Source: an uncultured Candidatus Saccharibacteria bacterium
GTDB taxonomy: Bacteria; Patescibacteriota; Minisyncoccia; UBA6257; GWB1-50-10
DNA: 51,374 nucleotides
Direction: 5' to 3'
NCBI GenBank assembly: GCA_964495575.1
Contig: CAZBVS010000002.1
Location: 1 to 51,374, forward strand
Part shown: in pieces, positions 26,606 to 37,700 of the stretch
Layout of the letters: each line of letters opens with the position of its first letter
Numbering within the stretch: the stretch's first letter is position 1
The notes under the pieces: generated by a model
Database searches by the model: none
Seen by the model: the letters and a program-made list of their open reading frames with translations, nothing else
Told to the model about the DNA's origin: nothing
Translations under genes and position numbers: made by a program

Positions 26606-26968
26606 CTAGCCCACCACCTTCGTTATTAACTCAATCATTACTCCAACTATCCCAATGGTTACATTAATTAATTCTGTCAAAATTTGACCCAAACTAAAAC
26701 CAGTTACCTCCTCTAAAAATGTACTGGCTACCCCCCAAACCGTTACCACTAAACTTTTTACCTGCTTCCCAAGTTTATACAAATTCTTAAAAAAACTTAA
26801 AGCCTCGCCGGAAGAAAGCCCTTCTCCACTTGATTCAAATGAAAAATCCGGCAACTTATCTAAATTCAAGTTTTCAAAATCAATCTGATTTAAATTTATC
26901 TCCTGGGCTTGAGCTACAGGAACAACAAAAAAACTAAATATCAAAAATATAATCAATAAATATCTCAT
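26606..26968 (-). CDS. small secreted/membrane-active protein, hypothetical
   Basis: Signal peptide MRYLLIIFLIFSFFVVPVAQA|QE. Acidic middle. Gly/Val/Ile-rich hydrophobic C-terminal half. Confidence 0.6.
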   Translation of the reverse strand: MRYLLIIFLIFSFFVVPVAQAQEINLNQIDFENLNLDKLPDFSFESSGEGLSSGEALSFFKNLYKLGKQVKSLVVTVWGVASTFLEEVTGFSLGQILTELINVTIGIVGVMIELITKVVG

Positions 26969-26970
26969 AT

Positions 26971-26996
26971 TTATATAATAACACAGATATTAATAA
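26971..26996. repeat. copy 2 of the duplicated motif of about 25 bp; includes a minus-strand extended -10 (TGTTATTAT, 26983-26975) positioned for a leaderless transcript
   Basis: ATAACACAGAT at 26978-26988. Lies between the M23 peptidase stop (26990) and the 120-aa gene ATG (26968). The hexamer TATTAT occupies -12..-7 relative to that ATG. Confidence 0.55.
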
Positions 26997-28324
26997 CAAC
27001 TGCTCATTGATTTCATATAATCCATAGGATTCAATGTTGCTCCCACAGGAACTAAACCAGCCGCAGGTGGAATCTCAATTAAACCTCCCTCCTCTCGTGC
27101 TTTATTCTCAGAATAAGATTTTTGCCATCCCATAACTGGTGTAGCATAAACCCCAAAATGAAGATGGGGGCCAAATGAATAACCGGTGCTCCCAGAATAC
27201 CCAATTATATCACCTTGTTTAACTTTATCTCCTTCAGAAACTACCTGTCGAGAAAGATGCGCATAAAGACTACTTAAATTATTATCGTGTTCGATAATAA
27301 TATATCTTCCATACTGATATTTCTCCCACCTTGCAGATCCTTTATCATTATTATCCACTACCGCAGCTACACCATCAGCGGCTGCAAAAATAGGATCTCC
27401 GGTAGGAGCCCTAAAATCAACCCCTGTATGGAAATTAGTTCTATAAGCCTTCTTTGCAAACTCAGTCTCTCCATAAAACTGAGTAACACAAGAGTCTGTC
27501 TTTACAGGATAACTCAAAAGACCTGGTCTCTTAGAAGGTAACAATGAAGAGTCTAGTTGTAATCTCAACCTCTCTTCAATATCAGTCATTATCTGAGATA
27601 TCTCCATCTGTCTTTTTTCAAGCTCGTCAATCTTTTCTTGATATAACTGCTCCTCACTCTTCGTCTTGTTAAGCAAATATGTTTTACTTTCTTTTCTGTC
27701 TTTGATTAACTCCTGCCTATTTTCAATAGTTCTCTGCTCTACCTCCACATCCTCTTTCTTCTCCGCCACCATATTTGACTTTTTAACTAATTCATTTTGT
27801 AATTCACGAAGGTCATTTACATTTTTAGTCAAGTTATCTCCCAAAGTCATAATGGATTGAATCTCAGAAACACTATCCGCTAAAGTACCGTTTCTTAAAA
27901 ATATAGTTAAAAAACTTTCGTTATCCCTTTGTTGTAATCTTACAAGAAGCTTTCCTACAGTCTTCTCCTTATTCCCAATTTCTTCTTCAATACCTTTTAT
28001 ATCTTCCTGCAACGACTGTTCTTCTAATCTTAACTTCTCAATAGTTAACTGGTTACTTCTCATCGAAACCTCCAACTGATTAATCTGCCAGTTAATACTA
28101 GAAATCTCCTGTTGCAAAGAACTTTTCTTATCACTAGTTTCCTCCAACTTTTCTTCAAGCACCCTTCTTCGGGCTTCCAAATCCTGCAACTCCTTACTCT
28201 TTTCATTAATCTGCTCCCGTAAACTTTTTACTTTGTCCGTATTCTCCTCAGCAAAAACAGCCCCTGAAAAACCAAGGAATAGCAAAAGAACAAAAAATAT
28301 TAACGTTATTTTTTTGAAATTCAT
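26990..28324 (-). CDS. M23-family peptidoglycan metalloendopeptidase with an N-terminal coiled coil (EnvC-like architecture)
   Basis: Signal peptide MNFKKITLIFFVLLLFLGFSGAVFA. About 230 aa of coiled coil. M23 motifs HTGVDFRAP and GPHLHFGVY. The ORF-track TTG at 28333 is replaced here by the ATG at 28324. Confidence 0.9.
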   Translation of the reverse strand: MNFKKITLIFFVLLLFLGFSGAVFAEENTDKVKSLREQINEKSKELQDLEARRRVLEEKLEETSDKKSSLQQEISSINWQINQLEVSMRSNQLTIEKLRLEEQSLQEDIKGIEEEIGNKEKTVGKLLVRLQQRDNESFLTIFLRNGTLADSVSEIQSIMTLGDNLTKNVNDLRELQNELVKKSNMVAEKKEDVEVEQRTIENRQELIKDRKESKTYLLNKTKSEEQLYQEKIDELEKRQMEISQIMTDIEERLRLQLDSSLLPSKRPGLLSYPVKTDSCVTQFYGETEFAKKAYRTNFHTGVDFRAPTGDPIFAAADGVAAVVDNNDKGSARWEKYQYGRYIIIEHDNNLSSLYAHLSRQVVSEGDKVKQGDIIGYSGSTGYSFGPHLHFGVYATPVMGWQKSYSENKAREEGGLIEIPPAAGLVPVGATLNPMDYMKSMSSCY

Positions 28325-28325
28325 T

Positions 28326-29771
28326 TTAATCAAGCATGTGAAGCCCCTCTGATTTTTCTACAGCCTTCTTTAATCTTTTTTCTGATTCCTCCTTACCTAA
28401 AACCTCTAAAATATCCAGGCCTCCAGGCGAAGCTTTTTTCCCGGATAATGCCACTCGGAACGGCCAAAAAACTTCCCCTTTTCCACCAAACTCATCAGAA
28501 AGATCTAACAAGAATTGTTCTACCTTCTCCTTGTTAAACTCATCCTCGTCTAAGTTTTGGACAAATTCATAAACCTTCTTCAAGCTTTCCATTGACTCTG
28601 CTCTATTCTCCTTCCAGATCAACATATCTGCGTTATAATCAGGTAACTCAAAGAAGAAATCAGCTAATTCTTTAAAGTCAGTTAATCTCTTCATTCTCTC
28701 CTGCTCTGCCTCCACAGCCTTTTTTAATAATTCTGGTCTATCTTTCCAACTAGAAGGAATAAACTCAGACAAATAACTTACAATTTTTTGGGGTGGCAGA
28801 TTTTGAATATAATGACTGTTATACCATTCTAATTTAGTTTCATCATATCCTGCCCCACTCTTTTGTACTCTTTTCAAACTAAACTCATCAACAGCCTCTT
28901 CTCTACTCACTAACTCTCTATCCTCTTTTGGGTGCCAACCCATAAGAGCTAAGAAATTAAACATTGCCTCCGGAATATATCCTTCTGATTTATAATCCAT
29001 CAATGATTTTTTCAAATCACGTTTAGATAACTTCTTCCCTCCCGGAGCTAATATTAAAGGAAGATGAGCATACTTCACCTCATCAAAATCTAAAGCTTTC
29101 CGAATTGCTATCTGTTTTGGAGTATTAGAAATATGATCCTCTCCTCGGATAACATGAGATACGTCCATCGCTTCATCATCAACAACTACTGCAAAGTTAT
29201 ACAACGGATGATCAAAATCTTTAGCAATAATAAAATCACCTATTAGCTCCCCATTAAACTCAACCTTACCCCTTACTGAATCTTTAAAACTAATTTTCGC
29301 CTTCGGCATTCTAAACCTTATTACATAATCTTCTCCATTCTCTATTTTTTTCTCCACCTCTTCATCAGAAAGATTTCTACATCTCCCAGAATATGTAGGA
29401 GGCAATCCCTGACTTAATTTTGCTTCCTTGTCAGCTTCTAAATCTTCTTCCGAACAAAAACATCTAAAAGCCTTTCCTTCATCGATTAATTTTTCCAAAT
29501 ACTTTTTATATATATCCTTTCTTTCACTTTGATGAACAAGCTCTTCATCCCAATCAAAACCTAGCCACTCTAATCCATCTAATATTAGCTCTTCATACTC
29601 TTTTTTAGAACGCTTCTCATCAGTATCTTCAATTCTCAACAAAAACTTACCCTTTCTATGTCGGGCATATAACCAGTTAAAAAGAGCTGTTCTTGCGTTC
29701 CCGATAGAAAAAGGACCTGTTGGTGAAGGCGCAAAACGCACTCTAACCTCTTTTTTTGATTTTGGTGTCAT
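28326..29771 (-). CDS. gltX: glutamyl-tRNA synthetase
   Basis: RFAPSPTGPFSIGNARTALFNW (HIGH-type motif) and the KLSKR (KMSKS-type) motif. 481 aa. Confidence 0.95.
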   Translation of the reverse strand: MTPKSKKEVRVRFAPSPTGPFSIGNARTALFNWLYARHRKGKFLLRIEDTDEKRSKKEYEELILDGLEWLGFDWDEELVHQSERKDIYKKYLEKLIDEGKAFRCFCSEEDLEADKEAKLSQGLPPTYSGRCRNLSDEEVEKKIENGEDYVIRFRMPKAKISFKDSVRGKVEFNGELIGDFIIAKDFDHPLYNFAVVVDDEAMDVSHVIRGEDHISNTPKQIAIRKALDFDEVKYAHLPLILAPGGKKLSKRDLKKSLMDYKSEGYIPEAMFNFLALMGWHPKEDRELVSREEAVDEFSLKRVQKSGAGYDETKLEWYNSHYIQNLPPQKIVSYLSEFIPSSWKDRPELLKKAVEAEQERMKRLTDFKELADFFFELPDYNADMLIWKENRAESMESLKKVYEFVQNLDEDEFNKEKVEQFLLDLSDEFGGKGEVFWPFRVALSGKKASPGGLDILEVLGKEESEKRLKKAVEKSEGLHMLD

Positions 29772-29850
29772 ATATTAAATTTATTTAATTTTACTAATAC
29801 CTATATACCTTTATTTTGCCAGAATTTAAGAGATTTATAAAGTCAAAATC

Positions 29851-29882
29851 AAAAAAATATAGCCCAGAAATTTTCTGGGCTA
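29851..29882 (-). terminator. intrinsic terminator after rpsR
   Basis: TAGCCCAGAAA / TTTCTGGGCTA hairpin. On the minus strand it is followed by T7. Confidence 0.75.
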
Positions 29883-29904
29883 TCTAAATCTCAACAACTC
29901 AATT

Positions 29905-30120
29905 CTATTCCTGTCCTTGATAAGGCAGTAAAGCCATTCTTCTTGCTCGCTTTATAGCTTTAGCAAGTTGACGCTGATGCCTTGAACAAACCCCCGTATG
30001 AACAGGGTCAATTATCTTATGCTGAGAAGAAACATACCTCTTTAAAATATCTATGTTTCTAAAATCAATATGTTTTACATCCTTAGAACAGAATGTACAT
30101 TGTTTTTTATTTTTTGCCAT
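29905..30120 (-). CDS. rpsR: 30S ribosomal protein S18
   Basis: 71 aa. CTFCSK..IDFRN..LKRYVS..GKI pattern and QRQLAKAIKRARRMALLPY. Confidence 0.95.
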   Translation of the reverse strand: MAKNKKQCTFCSKDVKHIDFRNIDILKRYVSSQHKIIDPVHTGVCSRHQRQLAKAIKRARRMALLPYQGQE

Positions 30121-30159
30121 ACTTAATCTATACTAATCAAAATTAAATTAATATCAAGC

Positions 30160-30615
30160 TTAAAAAGGAATATCATCTCCTTTGATCTCATCATCCTCTT
30201 CTCCTAAGTCATCAATATCAATTTCAGGAACATCTTCTTTAGCAGACTGATCAGCCTTCTTACCACCTGAAAAATCCCCTTTATTTGACCCCTTAGGACC
30301 AAACTGGATGTTCTGAGCCACAATCTCCGTCGTCCTTCTCTTCTGACCATCCTGGCCTTCCCAGGTTCTGGTTTGCAACCTTCCCTCAATCATAATCAAG
30401 GACCCTTTATTCAAAAACTGATTAACAACCTCGGCTTGTCTTCCCCAAACAACTACATTATGAAACTGAGTTTCTTCTTGCTTCTCCCCATCATTATTAG
30501 TCCAATACCGGTTAGTAGCCACACTAAAATTAGTAACAGCATTCCCTGATGAAGTATTCTTCAACTCAGGATCAACGGTCATTCGACCAATTATAATAAC
30601 TTTATTTAAATTCAT
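30160..30615 (-). CDS. ssb: single-stranded DNA-binding protein
   Basis: OB-fold N-terminus MNLNKVIIIGRMTVDPEL. Gly-rich linker. Acidic tip ending DDIPF. Sits between rpsF and rpsR. Confidence 0.95.
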   Translation of the reverse strand: MNLNKVIIIGRMTVDPELKNTSSGNAVTNFSVATNRYWTNNDGEKQEETQFHNVVVWGRQAEVVNQFLNKGSLIMIEGRLQTRTWEGQDGQKRRTTEIVAQNIQFGPKGSNKGDFSGGKKADQSAKEDVPEIDIDDLGEEDDEIKGDDIPF

Positions 30616-30684
30616 ATTTTTTAAATATTATTCAATTACGACCTTATAAGTAAATCATAACACATTATAAACTAAACAACGAAT

Positions 30685-31071
30685 CTACTCACTGATCTCC
30701 TTAATCTTCTCTTCCAAGTCTTCATTGCTAACAAACTTCTTCTCTTCTTTCTTTGACCCAACTTTCTTCCTCTTCTTTTTCTTCTCATCTCCTCTATCTG
30801 CTGCTTCTAACATCAAATGACGCAAAAAGACATCTTTCATCTTTAAGTCCTGCTTTAAATCTTCAACCTTATCTGTCTCTAAAACAAACTCAAAAGCCGC
30901 CAAGAAAGCACGCTGTTCTCCTTCAACCTCATAAGCAAGATCAACCTTTGTTAATGATTTTACAATTGACAAATCTTCACCGCCATGTTTCTTAATTAAT
31001 TCTTTTAACGAAGAATCATCTTCCTCCCTCAAAAGAACCGTTAGATCATATTTATTTTTTCTTTTTTCCAT
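30685..31071 (-). CDS. rpsF: 30S ribosomal protein S6 (with a Lys/Glu-rich C-terminal tail)
   Basis: 128 aa, YDLTVLLRE start. Conserved rpsF-ssb-rpsR gene order. Confidence 0.85.
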   Translation of the reverse strand: MEKRKNKYDLTVLLREEDDSSLKELIKKHGGEDLSIVKSLTKVDLAYEVEGEQRAFLAAFEFVLETDKVEDLKQDLKMKDVFLRHLMLEAADRGDEKKKKRKKVGSKKEEKKFVSNEDLEEKIKEISE

Positions 31072-31082
31072 ATTTTTTATTT

Positions 31083-34000
31083 TTATTCTTCTTTATTATC
31101 CCCTTCATGTTTCCTCTCCCATTCTTCTTCAATCTGATCTTCTGGTACTCCTCTCCAACCAGTACCTGCAGGAATCAATTTACCAATAATAACATTTTCT
31201 TTCAAGCTTCTTAACACATCTGTCTTGCCTTCAATAGACGCATTCACTAAAACCTTGCTTGTTTCCTGGAATGAAGCCGCAGACAAGAAACTCTCAGTGT
31301 TCAAAGCTACCTTGGTAATACCGAGTACTTCTTGTTTTGCTTTTGCAGAATCACCACCAGCTGCTCTAACCCTCTTGTTCTCTTCTCTTAACTTTGATCT
31401 ATCAACCAATTCTCCATATAAGAAATCAGTATCTCCTGGATCTTCAATAGTTAGCTTAGAAAGCATCTGTCTTACAATAATCTCAACATGCTTATCATTT
31501 ATCGATGCTCCCTCAGGAACATAAATCTTCTGAATCTCGTTAATAATGTATCTTCTTAACCGATCTACTCCTTTATGCTCTAAAATATCTTCAGGGTTCA
31601 AAGGACCCTCGGAAAGAATCTGTCCTTCCTCAACCTCGTCACCTTCCTTCACATAAAGCTTCACTCCCTTAGGTACGGTATATGTTTTGGTAGAAGATTT
31701 TTTCTTTCCTCCTTTATCAATAACAATCTTCTTAACTGTTCTTTTCTCTTCAATTGAGCCAACTACTCCCTCAACCTTACTCATAACAGCTCGCCCTTTA
31801 GGATTACGAGCCTCAAACAACTCCTCAGCTCTTGGTAAACCATGAGTAATATCAACTCCTGCAACACCACCAACGTGGAAAGTTCTCATTGTAAGCTGAG
31901 TACCCGGCTCACCAATGGACTGAGCGGCAATTACTCCAACAGCCTCTCCTTCTTCTACTAACTCTCCAGTTGTTAAATCTAATCCATAACACTTTGCACA
32001 AACTCCCCATGGCGTATTACAAGTAATAGGAGAACGGACCTTCACTTTATCAATATCACTTTCCGCAATTTTTTTAGCTATCTTTTTATCAATAATTTCA
32101 CCTGATTTTACCAATACTTTATTACCGTCTTTAACATCATCAACTACCGTTCGAGAATATAACCTATCTGCAAAATCATGACCGTATTCTTCTCCATCCT
32201 CTCTTCTTATCTCAATACCCGTTACCGTCCTACAATCCCTTTCTCTAACTATCACACTCTGAGATACATCAACAAGCCTTCTTGTTAAGTACCCTGCTGT
32301 AGCGGTCTTTAAGGCAGTATCAGTAGTACCTTTCCTTGCTCCATGAGTAGAAATGAAGAACTCAAGAACAGACAAACCTTCTTTATATGAACTTCTAACC
32401 GGTAACTCAATGGTTTCACCTTTTGGGTTGGACACTAAACCTCTCATTCCCATAACCTGGTTTAGCTGACTCCAACTTCCTCGTGCCTTACAGGTAATAA
32501 TCTGATTAATAGAATTTTCCTCCCCCAAAGCATCCGGCACCATATCTCCCACTTTGTCTTTTGTGTCCGTCCAAACTCGGATAACTTTTTTCTTCCTCTC
32601 TTCGTTAGTTAACAAACCTTCCTCATACTGAGATTCAATCTCATCAATCTCCTCCTCAGCTTCTTCAATAACATCACTCTTACCTTCAGGAATTTTTGCA
32701 TCAACCATTCCCAAAGATATAGAAGAAATAGTAGAATACTTAAACCCAAGCTTCTTAATCCTGTCCAAATATACATGAGCCTGTTTAATACCATGTAAGT
32801 CTACAATCTCAGCAATAACTGATTTCAAATCTTTTTTACCCAACTCCTCATTAACATATCGGAAATTATCAGGCATTAAGGTATTGAAGATCAGTCGTCC
32901 ATAACTTGTTTCTATTAACTCCCCATCCATAGGGATCTTTATCTTCGCGTTCAAATCAATAAAACCATACTCAAAAGCATGAACAACTTCTTCAAAACTT
33001 GAAAACTCCTTACCTTCTCCATGAGCATTCTTAGCAATTCTTGTTAGGTAATAAATACCAAGCACCATATCTTGGGTAGGAGAAACGATTGGATCTCCAC
33101 TAGCAGGCTTCAAAATATTATTCTTAGCATCCATCAATGTTTTACACTCATGCTGAGCTTCCTCAGTTAATGGAAGATGAACTGCCATCTGATCCCCATC
33201 AAAGTCAGCGTTGAAAGCCGAACAAACAAGAGGGTGAATACGAATTACCAAATCTTCAATTAAAACTGGCTTGAAAGCTTGAATACCAAGCCTGTGTAAT
33301 GTAGGGGCTCTGTTTAGAAGGACCATCCGGTCTTGAATAACCTCTTCCAAAGCTTCCCACACCTCTGTTACCTCTTGCTCAATCAGTCTATTAGACTGCT
33401 TTATGTTATAAGCTAACCCTTTATCAATTAACTCATGGATCACAAACGGTCTGAATATCTCCAAAGCAAGCTCCTTAGGTAAACCACACTCATTTAAATC
33501 AAGTTCCGGACCTACAGCAATAACTGAACGACCGGAGTAATCAACTCGCTTTCCTAGAAGGTTTCTCCTAAACCTTCCCTGCTTCCCTTTTAACATATCG
33601 GCTAATGACTTCAAAGGTCTTCGCCTAGAAGACATTACCTGACTACCTGAACGCTTTGTATTATCAATCAAGGCATCTACTGCCTCCTGCAGCATCCTCT
33701 TCTCATTAGTCAAAATTACGTCAGGTGATTTAAGTTCGATAAGCTTCTTCAAACGATTATTCCTGTTTATAACTCTACGATATAAATCATTTAAATCAGC
33801 GGTAGCAAAACGACCTCCATCCAAAGCCACCATTGGCCTCAAATCAGGCGGTAAAACAGGGATAACACTCATCACCATCCACTCCGGCTTGCTCTCTGAG
33901 TTAAGAAAAGCTTTTGCCACCTTTAATCTCTTTACAATTTTCTTCCGTCTGTTTTTGCTCCCTGTACTTTCCATCTCTTCCTCTAACTCTTCAATTAACT

Positions 34001-34685
34001 CCTCAAGGTCAAGATTCTTTAATATTTCTAAAACAGCTTCTGCGCCTCTTCCAGCTTTAAACACATCCGCAAACCTCTTAGCAAAGAAAAGATACTCATC
34101 CTCGGAAATAATCATTCCTTCATGAAGATTCTTTAAAATCTTCTCACTCTTCTTCTTTGATTTTTCAAGCTCTTCTAAATCAGTACTATCCTTATCTTTC
34201 AAATTCTTATACTCTTCTTCAATCAAATCCAAAGCTCTTTTCCTGTTATCTTCATTTACTTCTGTAACTACATAAGCAGCATAATAAATAACCTTCTCAA
34301 GCTTAGACATACTCATTCCCAAAAGAGTCCCTAGCTTAGAAGGAATAGTTCTTAAAAACCATATATTGACCACTGGAGCAGCTAACTTAATGTGCCCCAT
34401 TCTTTCACGACGAACACTTGATCTGGTAACCTCTACACCACAACGCTCACAAACAACTCCTTTATATCTCCTCTTCTTATATTTTCCACAATAACATTCG
34501 TAATCTTTTGTAGGGCCAAAAATCCTTTCTGAGAATAACCCTTCCTTTTCAGGACGCTGGGTTCTATAATTCAACGTCTCAGGTTTTGTAACCTCTCCGT
34601 GAGACCAAGAAAGTATCTCCTCTGGTGAAGCAAGGGATATAGAGAGTCGGTCAATATCTTTTATGTTTCTCAATTTATTAGACAT
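31083..34685 (-). CDS. rpoC: DNA-directed RNA polymerase subunit beta'
   Basis: 1200 aa. Zn-finger CYCGKYKKRRYKGVVCERCG. Catalytic NADFDGDQMAVH. Trigger-loop and bridge-helix regions recognisable. Confidence 0.98.
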   Translation of the reverse strand: MSNKLRNIKDIDRLSISLASPEEILSWSHGEVTKPETLNYRTQRPEKEGLFSERIFGPTKDYECYCGKYKKRRYKGVVCERCGVEVTRSSVRRERMGHIKLAAPVVNIWFLRTIPSKLGTLLGMSMSKLEKVIYYAAYVVTEVNEDNRKRALDLIEEEYKNLKDKDSTDLEELEKSKKKSEKILKNLHEGMIISEDEYLFFAKRFADVFKAGRGAEAVLEILKNLDLEELIEELEEEMESTGSKNRRKKIVKRLKVAKAFLNSESKPEWMVMSVIPVLPPDLRPMVALDGGRFATADLNDLYRRVINRNNRLKKLIELKSPDVILTNEKRMLQEAVDALIDNTKRSGSQVMSSRRRPLKSLADMLKGKQGRFRRNLLGKRVDYSGRSVIAVGPELDLNECGLPKELALEIFRPFVIHELIDKGLAYNIKQSNRLIEQEVTEVWEALEEVIQDRMVLLNRAPTLHRLGIQAFKPVLIEDLVIRIHPLVCSAFNADFDGDQMAVHLPLTEEAQHECKTLMDAKNNILKPASGDPIVSPTQDMVLGIYYLTRIAKNAHGEGKEFSSFEEVVHAFEYGFIDLNAKIKIPMDGELIETSYGRLIFNTLMPDNFRYVNEELGKKDLKSVIAEIVDLHGIKQAHVYLDRIKKLGFKYSTISSISLGMVDAKIPEGKSDVIEEAEEEIDEIESQYEEGLLTNEERKKKVIRVWTDTKDKVGDMVPDALGEENSINQIITCKARGSWSQLNQVMGMRGLVSNPKGETIELPVRSSYKEGLSVLEFFISTHGARKGTTDTALKTATAGYLTRRLVDVSQSVIVRERDCRTVTGIEIRREDGEEYGHDFADRLYSRTVVDDVKDGNKVLVKSGEIIDKKIAKKIAESDIDKVKVRSPITCNTPWGVCAKCYGLDLTTGELVEEGEAVGVIAAQSIGEPGTQLTMRTFHVGGVAGVDITHGLPRAEELFEARNPKGRAVMSKVEGVVGSIEEKRTVKKIVIDKGGKKKSSTKTYTVPKGVKLYVKEGDEVEEGQILSEGPLNPEDILEHKGVDRLRRYIINEIQKIYVPEGASINDKHVEIIVRQMLSKLTIEDPGDTDFLYGELVDRSKLREENKRVRAAGGDSAKAKQEVLGITKVALNTESFLSAASFQETSKVLVNASIEGKTDVLRSLKENVIIGKLIPAGTGWRGVPEDQIEEEWERKHEGDNKEE

Positions 34686-34702
34686 GTTTTTTTATATAAA
34701 AT

Positions 34703-37700
34703 TTAATCTTCGTCCTCAAAGCTATCCTCTTCTTCATCACTTTCATAATCAACATCAAGCCCTAATGACTTAATCTCATTCATCAAAACATTGAATGAAG
34801 CAGGGATAGTAGGTTTCTTTATTCGTCGACCACGAATAATTGACTCAAAGGCCGAAGAACGACCAAGGACATCGTCTGATTTAATAGTTAACATTTCCTG
34901 TAGAGAGTATGCTGCACCATAACCTTCAAGAGCCCAGACCTCCATTTCTCCAAATCTCTGACCTCCCAACTGTGCTTTTCCACCTAATGGCTGCTGGGTA
35001 ATTAAGGAGTATGGGCCTGTAGAACGCATATGAATTTTATCCTCAACCAGATGGTGAAGTTTCAACATGTACATATAACCAACGGTAATCGGTTTATCAA
35101 ATCTCTCCCCGGTCAACCCATTATACAAATCAACCTGACCAGTTTCCGGAACACCAGCCTTCTTTAACTCTTCCTGAATAACTTCCTGGTCACCACCCAC
35201 AAAGTTAGGAACTACGGCTCGATAACCATTTTTAGCCGCTGCAAAACCAAGATGGGTCTCAAAAATCTGACCAAGGTTCATACGGGATACAACTCCCAAA
35301 GGATTCAACACAATATCTATCGGAGTTCCATCCTCCAAGAAAGGCATATCCTCAACTGGTCTTATCTGAGAAATAACTCCCTTGTTACCATGCCGACCAG
35401 CAAGCTTATCCCCTGCTTTTATCTTTCTTATCTGAGCTACCTCAACCTGAACCTTTTTGATAATTCCAGCATCCATCTTATCACCCTTTTCCTGAGAAAA
35501 TACCTTAATTCCAATAACTCTTCCTCGCTTACCATGAGGCAACTTTAATGAAGTATCTTTTATATCTCTTGCTTTTTCACCAAAAATAGCCCTGAGCAAT
35601 CTTTCCTCAGGAGTAAGCTCTGTTTCTCCTTTAGGAGAAATCTTTCCAACTAAAATATCATTTTCTTGAACCTCCGCTCCAATCCTAACAATTCCTTCTT
35701 CATCTAAGTTACGAAGTTTATCTTCCGCAACGTTAGGAATGTCAGGTGTAGTAATCTCCGGACCAAGCTTAGTTTCTCGCACAGAACATGTATATGTTTC
35801 TATGTTTATAGAGTCAAAATATCCTTCTTCTGCCACTCTTTCAGAAATTAAAATGGCATCTTCAAAATTTGTTCCTTCCCAAGGCATAAAGGCAACCAAC
35901 AAATTCTGCCCTAAAGCAAGCACTCCATCATCGGTAGAAGGACCATCAGCTAACAGATCATTTTTCTTCACCTTATCTCCTGGCTCAACAACGGGGCGTT
36001 GTGAAATACAACTTGAATCATTTGATCTTCTAAACTTTATAAGAGGATATTTTTTCTTGCCTGACTTACCTTTAACCACCACTTCTTCTCCATCACTTTT
36101 AACTACCTCTCCCTTTTCTTCTGCAAATACTGCTAACTTCGAATCAAAAACAACTTTTTCTTCTACTCCTGTTCCCACCAAAGGTGCTTGTGGTTCTAAA
36201 GTAGGTACCGCCTGTCTCTGCATATTAGATCCCATTAAAGCTCGGTTTGCATCATCATGCTCCAAAAATGGTATTAAGGAAGTGGAGACACTTATCATCT
36301 GCTGTGGAGCTACATCTATATAATCTACTTCTTTCCTCTTACACTTCCCTACACTACCGTTAACACGGATTGCAATCTCTTTATCTTTAAACTTACCCTT
36401 ATCATCAACCTGAGCATCAGACTGAGCAATATTGTACTGTTGCTCCTCAACAGCATCTAACCACTCAACTTTCTTGGTAACTTTACCGTTTTTAACTTTG
36501 AAGTATGGGGTCTCAATAAACCCTAGATCATTTAATCTGGCGTAGTTAGCTAAGTAATTAACTAAACCAATATTAGAACCTTCTGGAGTTTGAATAGGAC
36601 ATATCCTTCCGTAATAAGATGTATGAACATCTCGAACCTCAAATCCAGCTCTTTCACGAGTCAAACCTCCTGGACCCATCGCTGACAACCTTCTCTTATG
36701 CTCAAGCTCAGACAAAGGATTAGACTGATCCATAAACTGGGAAAGCTGAGAAGATGACATAAAACTATTAACAACAGAGGTAATAATTTTATAATTTATA
36801 AGCTGAGCAGGCTGCAACTCTCCTTTTTCTAAAGTAGACATCTTATCCTGTACAGCTCTTCTCAACCGAGCAAACCCTACCCTTAAACGAGACTGGATCA
36901 ACTCACCAACCGCTCTTATTCTTCGATTTCCTAAATGATCAATATCATCAGGCTCTGCTTCTGGATCATTGTTAGAACGAATAATCTCTCGAACAATCTC
37001 AACAACGTCCTCCTTACCTAACAAACCTTCTCGATCATTATCAAACCCTAATCTTTGATTCATTTTGTACCGCCCTACCTCATCAAGATCATATCTATCC
37101 TCATCTTCAAACATAGGTTTGATTAAGTTCTTAGCGTTATCGATACTAGCAGCGTCCCCTGGCCTCATTACCTTATATATCTCTACATATGATTCATCAA
37201 CGGTCTCCGCCGGATCCTTGCTTAAAGTTTTCTCTATATACTTAGTCTCTCCCGTATCTATATCCTCAAACTCATCTAATATCTCATCATTGGTCTCCAA
37301 ACCAAATATTCGAAGTAACTGGGTCACAGGAGTTTTTCTTTTTCTGTCTATTTTTACATTAATAACTCCTCTTTTTCGAGTTTCAAAATCAAGCCAAGAT
37401 CCACGATTTGGGATAACCTTGGCTCCAAAACGTTTATTTCCTTGATCTGATTTAGCAGTGAAATACACTCCTGGGGAACGAATCAACTGAGAAACAATAA
37501 CTCTTTCAACTCCGTTTATAATGAAGGTTCCTCTCTTAGTCATAATAGGAAAATCACCCAGATAAACTTCCTGGGTATTTTCATGACCATCTTCTTTATC
37601 AACTAACTTCACGTCAGCCCTTAAAGCAGCTTGGTATGTTTGATCTTTAGCTCTTGCTTGAGCCTCTGTGTATTTAGGCTCATCAAACTTATACTCTAAA

